Virus record (IMG/VR): IMGVR_UViG_3300028626_000002
Span: 1-64,000 of that record
Strand: one strand, 5' to 3'
DNA: 64,000 nt
Origin: a virus
Lineage: Duplodnaviria > Caudoviricetes
The notes below the pieces were generated by a model. That model ran no database searches. It was not told the DNA's origin and worked only from the letters and a program-made list of their open reading frames with translations. The position numbers and the translations under genes were made by a program. Positions 37,929-47,146 of the stretch are shown here, piece after piece. Position 1 is the stretch's first letter. The number at the start of each line of letters is the position of its first letter.

Positions 37929-39833
37929 TTAGATGAGCGACTTGCTGGGGTCACGCCGCGGCGGCAGTCTGTCGGGGAGAGGTCGTCCGCCCGCGGCGTC
38001 GGACATCCCCTTGTTGGCCAGCAGCTCGGCGACGGCCGAGGCCACGCCGGGCATCTGCTGCCGGATGTTCTGCATGGCCTGCGTCTGCTGCAGCGGCGGC
38101 AGGGTGGACAGCTGGTTGTACAGGAAGTTCGCGTACTCGGTGGGCACCATGCCCATGACGCCCTGGGCCAGCGGGCTCTCGTAGCTCGCCACCGCCTGTT
38201 CGGCGGAGACCGGCTGCTCGCCCTCTTCCTCACCGCCCATCCCCGGCTGAACCGCCGACGGGACGGGCATGCCCCCGGGCTGCATCTGCCCCTGAATTTT
38301 AGCCACCTGCACGTTGTACTGCGACGCGATCAGGTTGGCCGCGCCCTGGGCGCGCGCCTGGAGAATGGCCTGCTGCTGGATCAGCTCACCGTAGATGGGG
38401 ATCTCCTTCTTGATCTGCGAGGCCTCACCCTCGGGGTCGTAGTCGCGGGACTGCAGCATCGTGCTCTTGGAGAGCATGTTCTGCGCGACGAGGCTGGCGT
38501 CGAACGCTGCCCGCTGGAGGTCGTCCGCCATCTTGAAGGGCTTCTGCCGCAGCTGCACCGTGGGCCAGCCCATGAACCAGGCCACCTGGTTCGCGATGTA
38601 CTGGAGGAGGTCTTCGTTGTCGGCGAAGTTGAACAGGAAGTCGTTCTCGACGATGCGCAGGGACACGTTCGAGCCGCTGTAGGACACGCCGCCCATCAGG
38701 AACTCGGGCGGGAACCCCATGGCGACGCAGATCAGTTCGGCCTGCTGACGGATCTCAGGGTTCAGCAGGAGCGCCCGGCCCTTCCCGCCCAGCTCGTCCA
38801 GAACGACCTGCACGGGGAACACAATGACGCGGTTCTGGTCCCGGCGCCACTCGCGCATCTGCATGGCGATGTTCTGCTGCAGGTCGCTCAGGTCGATGGC
38901 CTGGGCGAGGTCCATGGCGTTCGCGGGGAAGGCGAAGCGCATGGGCACGATGTGCTCGAACATGATGGATTCCTGGGCCTTGCGCATGATCTGCATCAGG
39001 AACGCGTCCTTCTGCGCGGCCATGCCCAGGGGGACTCCGTAGCCCCTGTAGGTCTGGTTCGACGGGCCCAGGCGCTTGGAGCAGAACACCGCGCCGCCGG
39101 GCATGCGGTCGCCGTCATCGAACTTCAGGTCCTTCTTCTCACGGATGGCGTCGATGAGCTCCTGCGGCGTCTGGTTGATGATGGACCTGCGGGTGATGCG
39201 CAGGGCGTTCTCCAGGGTCGCCGGGGGGCGCAGGTAGTACGTGCAGCGGCCGGCGTGATCCTCCTCGACCGTGATGTGCTGGGGGTTCCACCGGATGAGC
39301 CGCATGCCACGGGTGGTGCGGTAGTACTTGTCCTTCACCTCCGCCCGGGCCCGCTGGAAGCACTTCGGGCACCGCGGCAGAAGGAACTCGAGGTTCTCGA
39401 GGGCGTATTCGACCTGGTCTGCCCGAACCACGTGCCCGCACTTCTTGCACTTGAGCAGCTTCACGAAGGGGAAGCCCACGCTCGCGTAGGCGTTGCCGAA
39501 TGTGTTGTAGTCCATGTTGAAGGCCGCCAGGAACCCGCGGACCTTCAGCACCCGCTCCATGACCTCCGTGTAGCGCAGCCGTGTTTCGCTGTCCGTGGTC
39601 TCGTACACCGGGCGCGTGACGACGTAGGTCGACTTCTTCTGGATGAGGGGCGCGATCACCGGGTGGGTGATCGCGTAGTACAGGCTCATGTTCCAGAGGC
39701 TGCGGAGGTCCTTCGGCAGGACGCGCGAAGCGACATCGAGGTAGGGGTCCCAGTAGCGGCTGCGGATGACGTCCGACGCCGCAGTGCCGATCTGCGAGAA
39801 CGCAGTGTCGATGCCGTACCCGCTGTCACCCAC
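37929..39833 (-). CDS. Portal protein with Zn-ribbon insertion
   Basis: DYNTFGNAY, LIRWNP, GYGVPL and ICVAMGFPPEFLMGG.SYS match the portal pattern; CKKC...CPKC insertion. Confidence 0.75.
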   Translation of the reverse strand: MGDSGYGIDTAFSQIGTAASDVIRSRYWDPYLDVASRVLPKDLRSLWNMSLYYAITHPVIAPLIQKKSTYVVTRPVYETTDSETRLRYTEVMERVLKVRGFLAAFNMDYNTFGNAYASVGFPFVKLLKCKKCGHVVRADQVEYALENLEFLLPRCPKCFQRARAEVKDKYYRTTRGMRLIRWNPQHITVEEDHAGRCTYYLRPPATLENALRITRRSIINQTPQELIDAIREKKDLKFDDGDRMPGGAVFCSKRLGPSNQTYRGYGVPLGMAAQKDAFLMQIMRKAQESIMFEHIVPMRFAFPANAMDLAQAIDLSDLQQNIAMQMREWRRDQNRVIVFPVQVVLDELGGKGRALLLNPEIRQQAELICVAMGFPPEFLMGGVSYSGSNVSLRIVENDFLFNFADNEDLLQYIANQVAWFMGWPTVQLRQKPFKMADDLQRAAFDASLVAQNMLSKSTMLQSRDYDPEGEASQIKKEIPIYGELIQQQAILQARAQGAANLIASQYNVQVAKIQGQMQPGGMPVPSAVQPGMGGEEEGEQPVSAEQAVASYESPLAQGVMGMVPTEYANFLYNQLSTLPPLQQTQAMQNIRQQMPGVASAVAELLANKGMSDAAGGRPLPDRLPPRRDPSKSLI

Positions 39834-39840
39834 AGCAACC

Positions 39841-40407
39841 TCACTCGAGCCTGGACGTGTCCCAGGCCAGCACGTGCCGGGCCTGCTCCACCATCATGGT
39901 GTGGCGGGCCCTGCGGTACTCCTCGTCGTCCACCGCGTTGTCATTCGGCTCGGTCTTCGGGACGTACTCCCGGCAGAACGCCAGAACGTCGGGGACCGGG
40001 TAGATGGCGTCTTCGCGGACGACCGCGGCGACGTAGATGCGCACGTCATCGGCCAGCGGCACCGGCCGGATGATCTGGAGGGCGTCGACCGCGGCCATGA
40101 TCTGCCCCACGGTGGGCTTCTGCCCCACGAGGAAGTCCACGGGGACGTTGTTCAGCCCCATGACCACCTTCTCGAACAGGTACCAGTCACTGGCGAAGGT
40201 GTCGGAGCAGTGGATGAGCCTGACGGTCTGGATGGCGTCGCGGTTGTACTGCGGAGGGGACGCCCTCATGCCGCGCTCCAGTTCCAGGAACAGCGTCTCG
40301 GGCTCCCACCCGTAGCACTCGGGCCCGTAGGCCCGCAGCAAGAGCATGTCCAGGGCCACGGGGTGGGCCGGACCCTCGTTCAGGAAACTGTCCGGGGTCC
40401 AATTCAT
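39841..40407 (-). CDS. Hypothetical head-associated protein
   Basis: 188 aa (MNWTPDSFL...WEPETL), coupled to the upstream gene and next to the portal. Confidence 0.7.
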   Translation of the reverse strand: MNWTPDSFLNEGPAHPVALDMLLLRAYGPECYGWEPETLFLELERGMRASPPQYNRDAIQTVRLIHCSDTFASDWYLFEKVVMGLNNVPVDFLVGQKPTVGQIMAAVDALQIIRPVPLADDVRIYVAAVVREDAIYPVPDVLAFCREYVPKTEPNDNAVDDEEYRRARHTMMVEQARHVLAWDTSRLE

Positions 40408-41360
40408 CACGCACCGTCGTTGTTGCGGTACTCCCCGTAGGTGGCGAGGATGATGTTCCGATGGACCTCGGGCACGCTGTCGATGGTGCCCAGCGGGTCC
40501 TCGGCCAGCTTCTCCAGCAGGTCGGCGGACAGGGCGCTGGCGGCCAGCTCGCTGGCGGCGAACTTCCGCAGGTCCTCCACGGCCGCCTCGGTGTCGGCCT
40601 CGACCGGCAGACCGAAGGTGGCCTTGTACGCGTCGGTCAGCTTGGTGTCGTACAGCTCGACGAGGCCGGCCTCCTTGTCGAACTCGTACAGCGCGGAGGC
40701 GAACTCGTCGGGGTCGGTGGTGAAGGCGGCCTTCTCGAAGTCGTCGAGGATGTCGAGGCCCTCCTCGAGACCGGCGCGCTTCAGGATGAACTTCCGCCGT
40801 TCCAGCTCGTCGCTCAGCTCCGGGTTCCAGGCGTTCGAGGCGTAGCGCGCGATCTCGACGGGCACCTCGGTCAGCCCCATGTCCTCGGCGGTCTTCACGA
40901 TGTCCAGGCAGACCTCCCGGCGCCGCGGGGGCTCGTACTCGGCCTGCTTTTCGGTGAAGTGGCGGATGGCCTGGTGAAGGTTCGCCTCGGAGGCGTTGAC
41001 CGTCGGGCGCTGGGAGGGGCTGGAGGACACCGCCTGGGCCAGCTTGACCAGCGGCTTGGGTGGATTCAGCTCGAACCTCACGCAAGCGTCCACGAGCCGC
41101 CTGGCGACCTTCTGGAGGTCCCCCTGCGGCACGTCGGTCATCCCGTCCATGAAGTAGATGACGGAGGTGGCGACGTGGCCACGGTCGACCAGTGGGTAGG
41201 CCCGCTCTCCCGCCCTCACGAAAGCGAAGCTGTCGTTGGGGAGGCTCTCGAGGTCCTCCGGCTCCAGCAGCGCCGCGTTCTTCACGAAGTCCGGAAGGTC
41301 GTCACCGTAGTTGTTCACCAGGTGCTCCCCGTTGTCCCGGTAGATGTCAACGATGCTCAT
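40407..41360 (-). CDS. Acidic head protein with DUF6582-like motif and many K-x-A motifs (scaffold/internal protein candidate)
   Basis: Start MSIVDIY (AGGAG RBS); LPNDSFAF...YPLVD..HV..S..YF motif. Confidence 0.7.
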   Translation of the reverse strand: MSIVDIYRDNGEHLVNNYGDDLPDFVKNAALLEPEDLESLPNDSFAFVRAGERAYPLVDRGHVATSVIYFMDGMTDVPQGDLQKVARRLVDACVRFELNPPKPLVKLAQAVSSSPSQRPTVNASEANLHQAIRHFTEKQAEYEPPRRREVCLDIVKTAEDMGLTEVPVEIARYASNAWNPELSDELERRKFILKRAGLEEGLDILDDFEKAAFTTDPDEFASALYEFDKEAGLVELYDTKLTDAYKATFGLPVEADTEAAVEDLRKFAASELAASALSADLLEKLAEDPLGTIDSVPEVHRNIILATYGEYRNNDGA

Positions 41361-41387
41361 GCGTCTCCTCGCAGCCACGCTGGGTTT

Positions 41388-41417
41388 ATCGTACCCGCCC
41401 AGCCCTCCCACGGTCAA
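41388..41417 (-). promoter_or_regulatory. Sigma70-like promoter TTGACC-N18-TACGAT
   Basis: Directly upstream of the 41360 start. Confidence 0.5.
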
Positions 41418-41453
41418 GTCACGGTCGGGGCTAAAGAAAGGGGGGCCACGCAG

Positions 41454-41488
41454 CCCCTGACCTGCAGCATGATACTGCAGGTCAGGGG
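41454..41488. repeat. Perfect 14-bp inverted repeat
   Basis: CCCCTGACCTGCAG-catgata-CTGCAGGTCAGGGG, just after the DUF932 stop. Confidence 0.85.
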
Positions 41489-41501
41489 AGCGTGTCACCC
41501 A

Positions 41502-42551
41502 CTATGCGGGGAGGGCGTCCTGGGGGGCGGTCAGGTCGAAGGCGATCTGGACGGCCGAGTCCTTCATCTCGGACCCGGCACCGAACCACGCGCTGTAGAG
41601 GCGCGAGTCGGGGGAGATGGTCTTGCCACGAACGTGGTCCACGTACTGCGTGACGGTGTTCACGAAGGCGTACGCGGTGCCGGGCACGCCGGGCATCTGC
41701 TGGATGGTCGGGGACGTGCTGTAGATGTCCCACAGCGCGGTGCGGATGTTCTGGGCCCTGGCGGGGTTGGCGGGCGCCGGCGGGTTCGGGACCAGCAGCT
41801 CGAAGGCCTCCTTGATGAGGTTCTCACCCATGGGCAGGCCGGCCAGCGCGCGGAAGATTTCTTCCTGCTGCTGGAACTGCTTCTCGACCAGGCCCAGCAC
41901 CCGCTGCGCCTCCTCGAGCTTGGTGCTCGGGTCGCCGGTGTGCCGGATGCTGATGAACTTGCCGCTCCCCTTCGCCAGGTCGATGGCGCCCATCAGGGTG
42001 TTCGCGCAGACGATGCGCATGGTGGACGCGCCGGCGCCGAACTGCATCGTGCCGTTGTGGCTGTTGAACGCGAAGAAGTTCAGGTCGATGAGGTCTCCGG
42101 GGATGACTTCGATGGTCTTGGGGTAGCGTCCCATGATCCACACGACGGTGTTGCCGCGGAGGCTGCCCGCGGTGTGGATGCGGATGCCACCCTCCTTCAC
42201 GAGGTTCGCGAGGAACGCGGCCATTTCGCGCTGCTGGATGGGCCGGTACTTCGAGCCGACGACGCCGAGGGTGCGGAACACCCCGTTCTTCTCGTACTCC
42301 CCGTCGTCCCCGCGTCTCGGGGTACGCACGGTGGCCTGGTGGCCGGTCACGGGGAGCGCGGTGCCCTTGTCGCGGCCCTTGGGACAGGCGGCGACGAGGG
42401 GCCACAGCTCGACCGGCCAGTCGAGGCCGGCGACCTCCAGGCACTCCTCCGGTGGCAGAGGGTCGACGATGGGCGTGCCCATTCCGTGCCAGGGAACCCC
42501 CTCGTTCTTCACGTAAAAGCTTGTATCGGTGGTCTCGATTCCGTGAGCCAT
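41502..42551 (-). CDS. DUF932 / phage-plasmid-like protein
   Basis: MAH.....PWHGMG, AGLDWPV, LGVVGSKYRPIQ, TAGSLRG, NSHNG, RIVCANTL, RHTG, GTAY..VN.VT.Y.DH. Confidence 0.92.
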   Translation of the reverse strand: MAHGIETTDTSFYVKNEGVPWHGMGTPIVDPLPPEECLEVAGLDWPVELWPLVAACPKGRDKGTALPVTGHQATVRTPRRGDDGEYEKNGVFRTLGVVGSKYRPIQQREMAAFLANLVKEGGIRIHTAGSLRGNTVVWIMGRYPKTIEVIPGDLIDLNFFAFNSHNGTMQFGAGASTMRIVCANTLMGAIDLAKGSGKFISIRHTGDPSTKLEEAQRVLGLVEKQFQQQEEIFRALAGLPMGENLIKEAFELLVPNPPAPANPARAQNIRTALWDIYSTSPTIQQMPGVPGTAYAFVNTVTQYVDHVRGKTISPDSRLYSAWFGAGSEMKDSAVQIAFDLTAPQDALPA

Positions 42552-42590
42552 TTTCGCTATACTCCCTTTTGACTTGCATGGCGGTTGTTG

Positions 42591-43232
42591 ATGAACGTCA
42601 AGACCTGCAAGATGTGCAGGGCGGAGAAACCACTGTCCGCGTTCAACAAGGATCCGACGCGGCGCGATGGGCACCATCCGTACTGCACTCAGTGTAAGAG
42701 AATCACGTTCAAGGACAAGCCTCGCCCCGGTAGGAAGCGAAAGCCGAAGGGCACCGCGCGCCGGGAGGCCTTACGGAGCGCCAGGGCCTCCCGGACGGAG
42801 AAGGTTTGCTCCGGGTGCGGGGAACTGAAGCCGCTCGCTTTGTACCACAAGCAGGCGTCTGTGCTGGACGGCCACGCCTCTCGGTGTAAGGCATGCGTCC
42901 ACGAGAGCACGGTTGCCAGGTACGACCCCGCCCGCAGCCGCGTGTACTACCTTGGGCGCCGGGCCGAGCTGCTACGGAAGACGAAAGACAGCAGGGACTC
43001 CAGGAAGCGCGCCTTCATCTTGAGGCTGGGGGGTTGTTGCGCCGATTGCGGCACGTCCCCCGACAACCCGTGGCCGCTGGCCAGCTTTTGCTTTCACCAC
43101 CCGGAGTCGGACAAGAAGGAGGCTGGTGTAGCGTCCATCATGGCCAGGCGGGGGGAAGAACGGGCGTGGGCAGAGGCGCAGAGGTGCGTCGTGCTCTGCA
43201 ATAACTGCCACGCGCGACGGCATGCCACCTAA
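42591..43232 (+). CDS. Free-standing HNH endonuclease with two Zn-ribbon DNA-binding repeats
   Basis: KTCKMC..EKPL..F / KVCSGC..LKPL..Y; LGG.C.DCG, FHH, C.VLCNNCH; antisense to flanking genes. Confidence 0.9.
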   Translation: MNVKTCKMCRAEKPLSAFNKDPTRRDGHHPYCTQCKRITFKDKPRPGRKRKPKGTARREALRSARASRTEKVCSGCGELKPLALYHKQASVLDGHASRCKACVHESTVARYDPARSRVYYLGRRAELLRKTKDSRDSRKRAFILRLGGCCADCGTSPDNPWPLASFCFHHPESDKKEAGVASIMARRGEERAWAEAQRCVVLCNNCHARRHAT

Positions 43233-43236
43233 CGCC

Positions 43237-43722
43237 CTACCCGGGCTTCCTCTTCTTCTCCCGGCCCCTCTGCTTGGCCTTCTCGGCCTTGTGGGCCTTG
43301 CGGACCTCGATGCACTCGGCCACTCGCTGCTTCAGGCTCTTGTCCCGCAGCGCCGTGACGGTGAAGTCCAGCTCGAAGCACTGGCCGTCCTGGAAGTACC
43401 AGACCCAGCTGAGCTGGTCCTCGGACGTCATCTGGATGTAGCAGTCGTCCTCGACGAAAGGCGCGATGGCGAAGAGCACGTACTCCAGTCCGTAGTGGGT
43501 GTCGCTCTCGCTCCAGACTCGGGTGATGCCGCCGTCAGCGTCGATCTCCGCCGCGTACCCCACCTGCCCGAGCAGCTCGGGCAGGCTCATCTGGGTGTCG
43601 ACCATGTCGCTGCCGATCTCTCGGCGGACGGTCCTGTCCCGGCAGGCCTTGCGGAAGGCAGGCTCTACGTTCCGGGCCAGGATGCGGATGTTGGACTCGA
43701 CCTCGTAGGTGTGATAGCTCAC
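43237..43722 (-). CDS. Hypothetical phage protein
   Basis: 161 aa; IAPFVED.CYI....ED...W.W.F.DG; GGAGG RBS. Confidence 0.75.
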   Translation of the reverse strand: MSYHTYEVESNIRILARNVEPAFRKACRDRTVRREIGSDMVDTQMSLPELLGQVGYAAEIDADGGITRVWSESDTHYGLEYVLFAIAPFVEDDCYIQMTSEDQLSWVWYFQDGQCFELDFTVTALRDKSLKQRVAECIEVRKAHKAEKAKQRGREKKRKPG

Positions 43723-43761
43723 GTGCCCTCCGCCCTCTCGATGAGCACGGCGCGCCGTTGG

Positions 43762-44574
43762 TCAGTCAGCTGCTCCCTCCTCTTCTCCTTCTCCGGAGAC
43801 CGCTTCGGGTACTCCATCTTCTTCCTCCTCCGCCGGCGCGATGTCCGGCGTCTCGTCCTCCTCGTCGATGAGGTGGCACTCGTCGGGGGTCACCCGCGGG
43901 AACATCTGGATGCGGGACGGCCTGGAGAACACGTACTCGCCCCTCTGCTTGATGACGTCCCCGAAGTAGGCGTTCGCCAGCTGATCAGCCCACCGTACGA
44001 GCTGCTGCATGGCCCACAGCTGCCAGTGACCATGGGAGTCCTTGCCGTAGGAGTTCTCGCGCCGGATGAACGCCGGGTTGGCGATGACGCCGACGGGGAT
44101 CTTGTAGGGCACCACGGCGCCCGGGATCTCGGCGACGACGATCCGGCCGTAGTTGTGGGTCACCGCCCCCTCCATCTCGGCCAGGGAGTCCACCGCGGAC
44201 CCGCCCATGGCGATGACCAGCACCGGGTCGATGGAGCGGATGACCTGGTGCAACCACTTCACGCAGGCCTTCAGCTCCTTGGCGGTGGGCTCGCGACCCT
44301 CCGGTGGGGCGCACATGACGGCGTTGGCGATGTAGACCTCCTTCCGGTCGACCCCGATGCGGTTCAGCAGGGTGTTGAAGTACTCCCCGACGACGCCAAT
44401 CATCGGGCGACCACGTTCCACCTCGCGGTCTCCAGGCCGCTCGGCGATAAAGATGATGCGGGCGTCGGCCGGGCCCTCCCCGAACACGACCCGCTCCTTC
44501 GAGCCGCGGTTGACCCCCAAGGGGCACTCACGGCAGTCGCGGCACTCCTGGCGCAGTTGCTCCAGCGTTTTCAC
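43762..44574 (-). CDS. Uracil-DNA glycosylase family 4-like protein (divergent)
   Basis: C..C.L, VFGEG...A.I.FIAERPG, YIANAV.C.PP..R.P...E...C. Confidence 0.85.
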   Translation of the reverse strand: MKTLEQLRQECRDCRECPLGVNRGSKERVVFGEGPADARIIFIAERPGDREVERGRPMIGVVGEYFNTLLNRIGVDRKEVYIANAVMCAPPEGREPTAKELKACVKWLHQVIRSIDPVLVIAMGGSAVDSLAEMEGAVTHNYGRIVVAEIPGAVVPYKIPVGVIANPAFIRRENSYGKDSHGHWQLWAMQQLVRWADQLANAYFGDVIKQRGEYVFSRPSRIQMFPRVTPDECHLIDEEDETPDIAPAEEEEDGVPEAVSGEGEEEGAAD

Positions 44575-44598
44575 AGGTACCTCCGCTCTCCCACGTAT

Positions 44599-44630
44599 TT
44601 ATACCCAGGAACTCAGGTACTTACCGCCTG
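44599..44630 (-). promoter_or_regulatory. Repeated promoter-like motif CAGGCGGTAA-N6-GAGTTCCTGGGTATAA
   Basis: 26 of 32 nt identical to 60457..60488; lies upstream of the UDG-like gene. Confidence 0.7.
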
Positions 44631-45989
44631 CCGGGGTCGAACGACCTCGTACTCGTACCCGTTGGCCTTGAGCTTGGACATGAGCTTGCGACAGAGCCTC
44701 TCCGCGTACTCGATGCCGTCGTCGTACAGGATGATGGCCCGGGCCGGCTGCTTGCCTTCCTTGGGCCGCTGGGCTCGCCCGGTGCCCTGCTTGATGGGGA
44801 TCCACGCCTGGAAGGGCGTGACGAAGAAGATGGTGTCGAGGTCGGGGGCATCCAGTGCCTCCGATGCCACGTTGATGGTCGCGAACACCACCGGGAACTC
44901 TCGCAGGGCCTGGAGTCGCTTGGGCCGCGGCGTGTCCCCATAGATGTAGGTCGAGTCCTCCTGCCGGCCGGCGTGCAGCAGCTTGACGTGGTCGATGGAG
45001 TGGGACAGCACCAGGACCTTGCGGCCCTTCTGCCTGGCTTTCTCCACCTCCCCCAGGATGAGGTCGTTGCGCGCCGGCAGCTTCGCCAGGAACGACCGCA
45101 GCTTTCCGATGTTGATGTCACCTAGCTGCCAGACGTTGTCGACCTTCACGCGGCTGCGGATAGCCCCCGAGTGGGGATTCACCTTGGCGCTGGTCGCCAG
45201 GAACCTGATGCCGATGGGCACCGGCTGGCTGTCATCCGAGTAGAAGACCGGCCCCACGTGGTAGTACACGATGGGCTCCAGGCAGTCCTCCCGCTGCGGA
45301 GTGGCCGTCAGCCCAAGGCGCTGCCCCCAGAACATCGGGAGGGCCTTCTTGAGCGTCGTGGCGGCCACGTGGTGGCATTCGTCGAACAGGATGGACTGGA
45401 ACCAGTGCCGGGCCTCCACGGGCAGGAACGGCCGGCGCACGAGAGTGCTGATGGAGGCGAACACCACTGGCCTCTTCCAGTCCATCTGGTTGTCCTGGAT
45501 GACCCCGATCTTCCCCCGGTAGTCCGTGAACTGCCTGATCGCACCCTCCCACTGCGCGAACGTGCCGGTGTCGTACACCACGACGAGGATGGGCCCGCCG
45601 TTGTTCACGGCCCACTTGATGGCCAGGGCCGTCTTCCCCGTGCCGCACGACAGGTGCAGAATGCCCCCGGACGTTCTCTGGAGGGCCTCCCAGGCCTTGA
45701 CCTGACGTTCGTCACGAAACTCCATGCGGTCGTCGATGCACGTCTGCGTGTAGCGCGTGGGCGTGAGGTCGACCACCTCAACGCCCTTCGGCACGGGGTA
45801 CTCACGGGGCACCCGGAAGTGCGGCCCGCAGGAGTCGAAGACGGTGTGGATGACGGGGTCTCTTCCAAAACTGCCAGCGACCACGAAGCGCAGGTCGCTG
45901 GCCAGCTTGTTGGTGTCGACGCAGCTCTTGGGCAGCCACAGCAGGTTGCCGCGGTACGCCAGGTCGGGCTCTTTGACGGTGAACTTCAC
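44613..45989 (-). CDS. Superfamily 2 DNA helicase (DExH)
   Basis: CGTGKT, DECHH, GLTATP.RED, EALDAP.LD, Q.TGRAQR. Confidence 0.93.
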   Translation of the reverse strand: MKFTVKEPDLAYRGNLLWLPKSCVDTNKLASDLRFVVAGSFGRDPVIHTVFDSCGPHFRVPREYPVPKGVEVVDLTPTRYTQTCIDDRMEFRDERQVKAWEALQRTSGGILHLSCGTGKTALAIKWAVNNGGPILVVVYDTGTFAQWEGAIRQFTDYRGKIGVIQDNQMDWKRPVVFASISTLVRRPFLPVEARHWFQSILFDECHHVAATTLKKALPMFWGQRLGLTATPQREDCLEPIVYYHVGPVFYSDDSQPVPIGIRFLATSAKVNPHSGAIRSRVKVDNVWQLGDINIGKLRSFLAKLPARNDLILGEVEKARQKGRKVLVLSHSIDHVKLLHAGRQEDSTYIYGDTPRPKRLQALREFPVVFATINVASEALDAPDLDTIFFVTPFQAWIPIKQGTGRAQRPKEGKQPARAIILYDDGIEYAERLCRKLMSKLKANGYEYEVVRPRQAVST

Positions 45990-46122
45990 GTGTCACCTCG
46001 TGCGAGAAAAATACCTCTGAACGGCCCGCTTGCCAAGCCGACCAGATCGGCTCAAGCTGGGTATAACGACCATGCGGACGAATAACCGCTTGTTTGTTCC
46101 ATCTCGAACGTGAGGAGTACCC

Positions 46123-46587
46123 ATGCCCACGAAGCCCACCAAGTCCACCGGCGACATCGTCGCCAACGAGGCCGTCAAGCGCGCCATCCAGGCCCGGGAG
46201 GAGGCCAAGAACGTCCTGCTCGAGTACATGGCGGAGAACGCCGAGGTCATCCAGAACTACCGGGCCATGGTCGAGGCCCACGGCCGGCTCGAGGACGAGG
46301 TCAAGACGGCCATCCGGTCCGCGGCCGCCTTCAACCCCAAGCTGAAGTCCTTCGAGTTCGCGCCGGGCTACAAGTTCCTCCGGCCCATCGAGCGCAAGGT
46401 CAACACCCTCAAGCTGCTGGAGTTCGTGCCCGACTTCATCACCGAGCACCCCGAGGTCGTCACCATCAAGGCCGGCGACCTGGACACCCTGGTCGACTCC
46501 GGGGAGCTGGCCGCCACGGTGCGCAACGACGTCGTCGTGGAGGACCTCGGCAGCCCGCGCTGCTACGTGCCGCCGGCGGAGAAGTAG
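46123..46587 (+). CDS. Hypothetical protein
   Basis: 154 aa, GAGGAG RBS, preceded by CTGGGTATAAC. Confidence 0.8.
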   Translation: MPTKPTKSTGDIVANEAVKRAIQAREEAKNVLLEYMAENAEVIQNYRAMVEAHGRLEDEVKTAIRSAAAFNPKLKSFEFAPGYKFLRPIERKVNTLKLLEFVPDFITEHPEVVTIKAGDLDTLVDSGELAATVRNDVVVEDLGSPRCYVPPAEK

Positions 46588-46595
46588 GAGGCAGC

Positions 46596-46781
46596 ATGTT
46601 CATCGTCATCCGGCGAACTGCGCAGGCGACGATGTCGTCTGAGGTGCTCATGGCCATGGCGAAGTCCATCTTTCGGCTGGGTGGGTTCACCTTCGAGGTG
46701 ATCCGCCACGCCGTGCCCCTGGAGGACATGCGCCAGGCCGACTGGGTGTTCGAGGTCAAGAAGAACAGGTACGATCTGTAG
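46596..46781 (+). CDS. Hypothetical protein (61 aa)
   Basis: AGGAGG RBS; MFIVIRRT... Confidence 0.65.
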   Translation: MFIVIRRTAQATMSSEVLMAMAKSIFRLGGFTFEVIRHAVPLEDMRQADWVFEVKKNRYDL

Positions 46782-46789
46782 GAGGCACC

Positions 46790-47146
46790 GTGGGGACGAA
46801 GACGGTCAGCATCCAGACGAAACAGAGCGGCGCGGACCCCAGCGAGACCGGGCCTATCGCGTCGCCGTTCGATGATCTCGACCCTGACGGCGAGCTGCGG
46901 ATCACCCGGTCGGCCGAGGCCAGTGTGTCGGTGGCCCCGACCAACTTCATGTGGCTGGGGGTCAAGGTCTTCTGCAGCATCGAGGTCCGGTGCCGCAAGG
47001 ACCAGTGGAAGGAGGCGTCCCAGGTGGCCATCGCGACCGCCGTGTCCGAGGTCTCCGACGACTCCGAATGGGTGGCGCCCATGTGGCGTGAGAAGGCCGA
47101 CAAGATCAAGGCTGCACTGGAGGCCAAGTGGCGGCAGACGACCTGA
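46790..47146 (+). CDS. Hypothetical protein
   Basis: AGGAGG RBS, GTG start. Confidence 0.7.
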   Translation: MGTKTVSIQTKQSGADPSETGPIASPFDDLDPDGELRITRSAEASVSVAPTNFMWLGVKVFCSIEVRCRKDQWKEASQVAIATAVSEVSDDSEWVAPMWREKADKIKAALEAKWRQTT

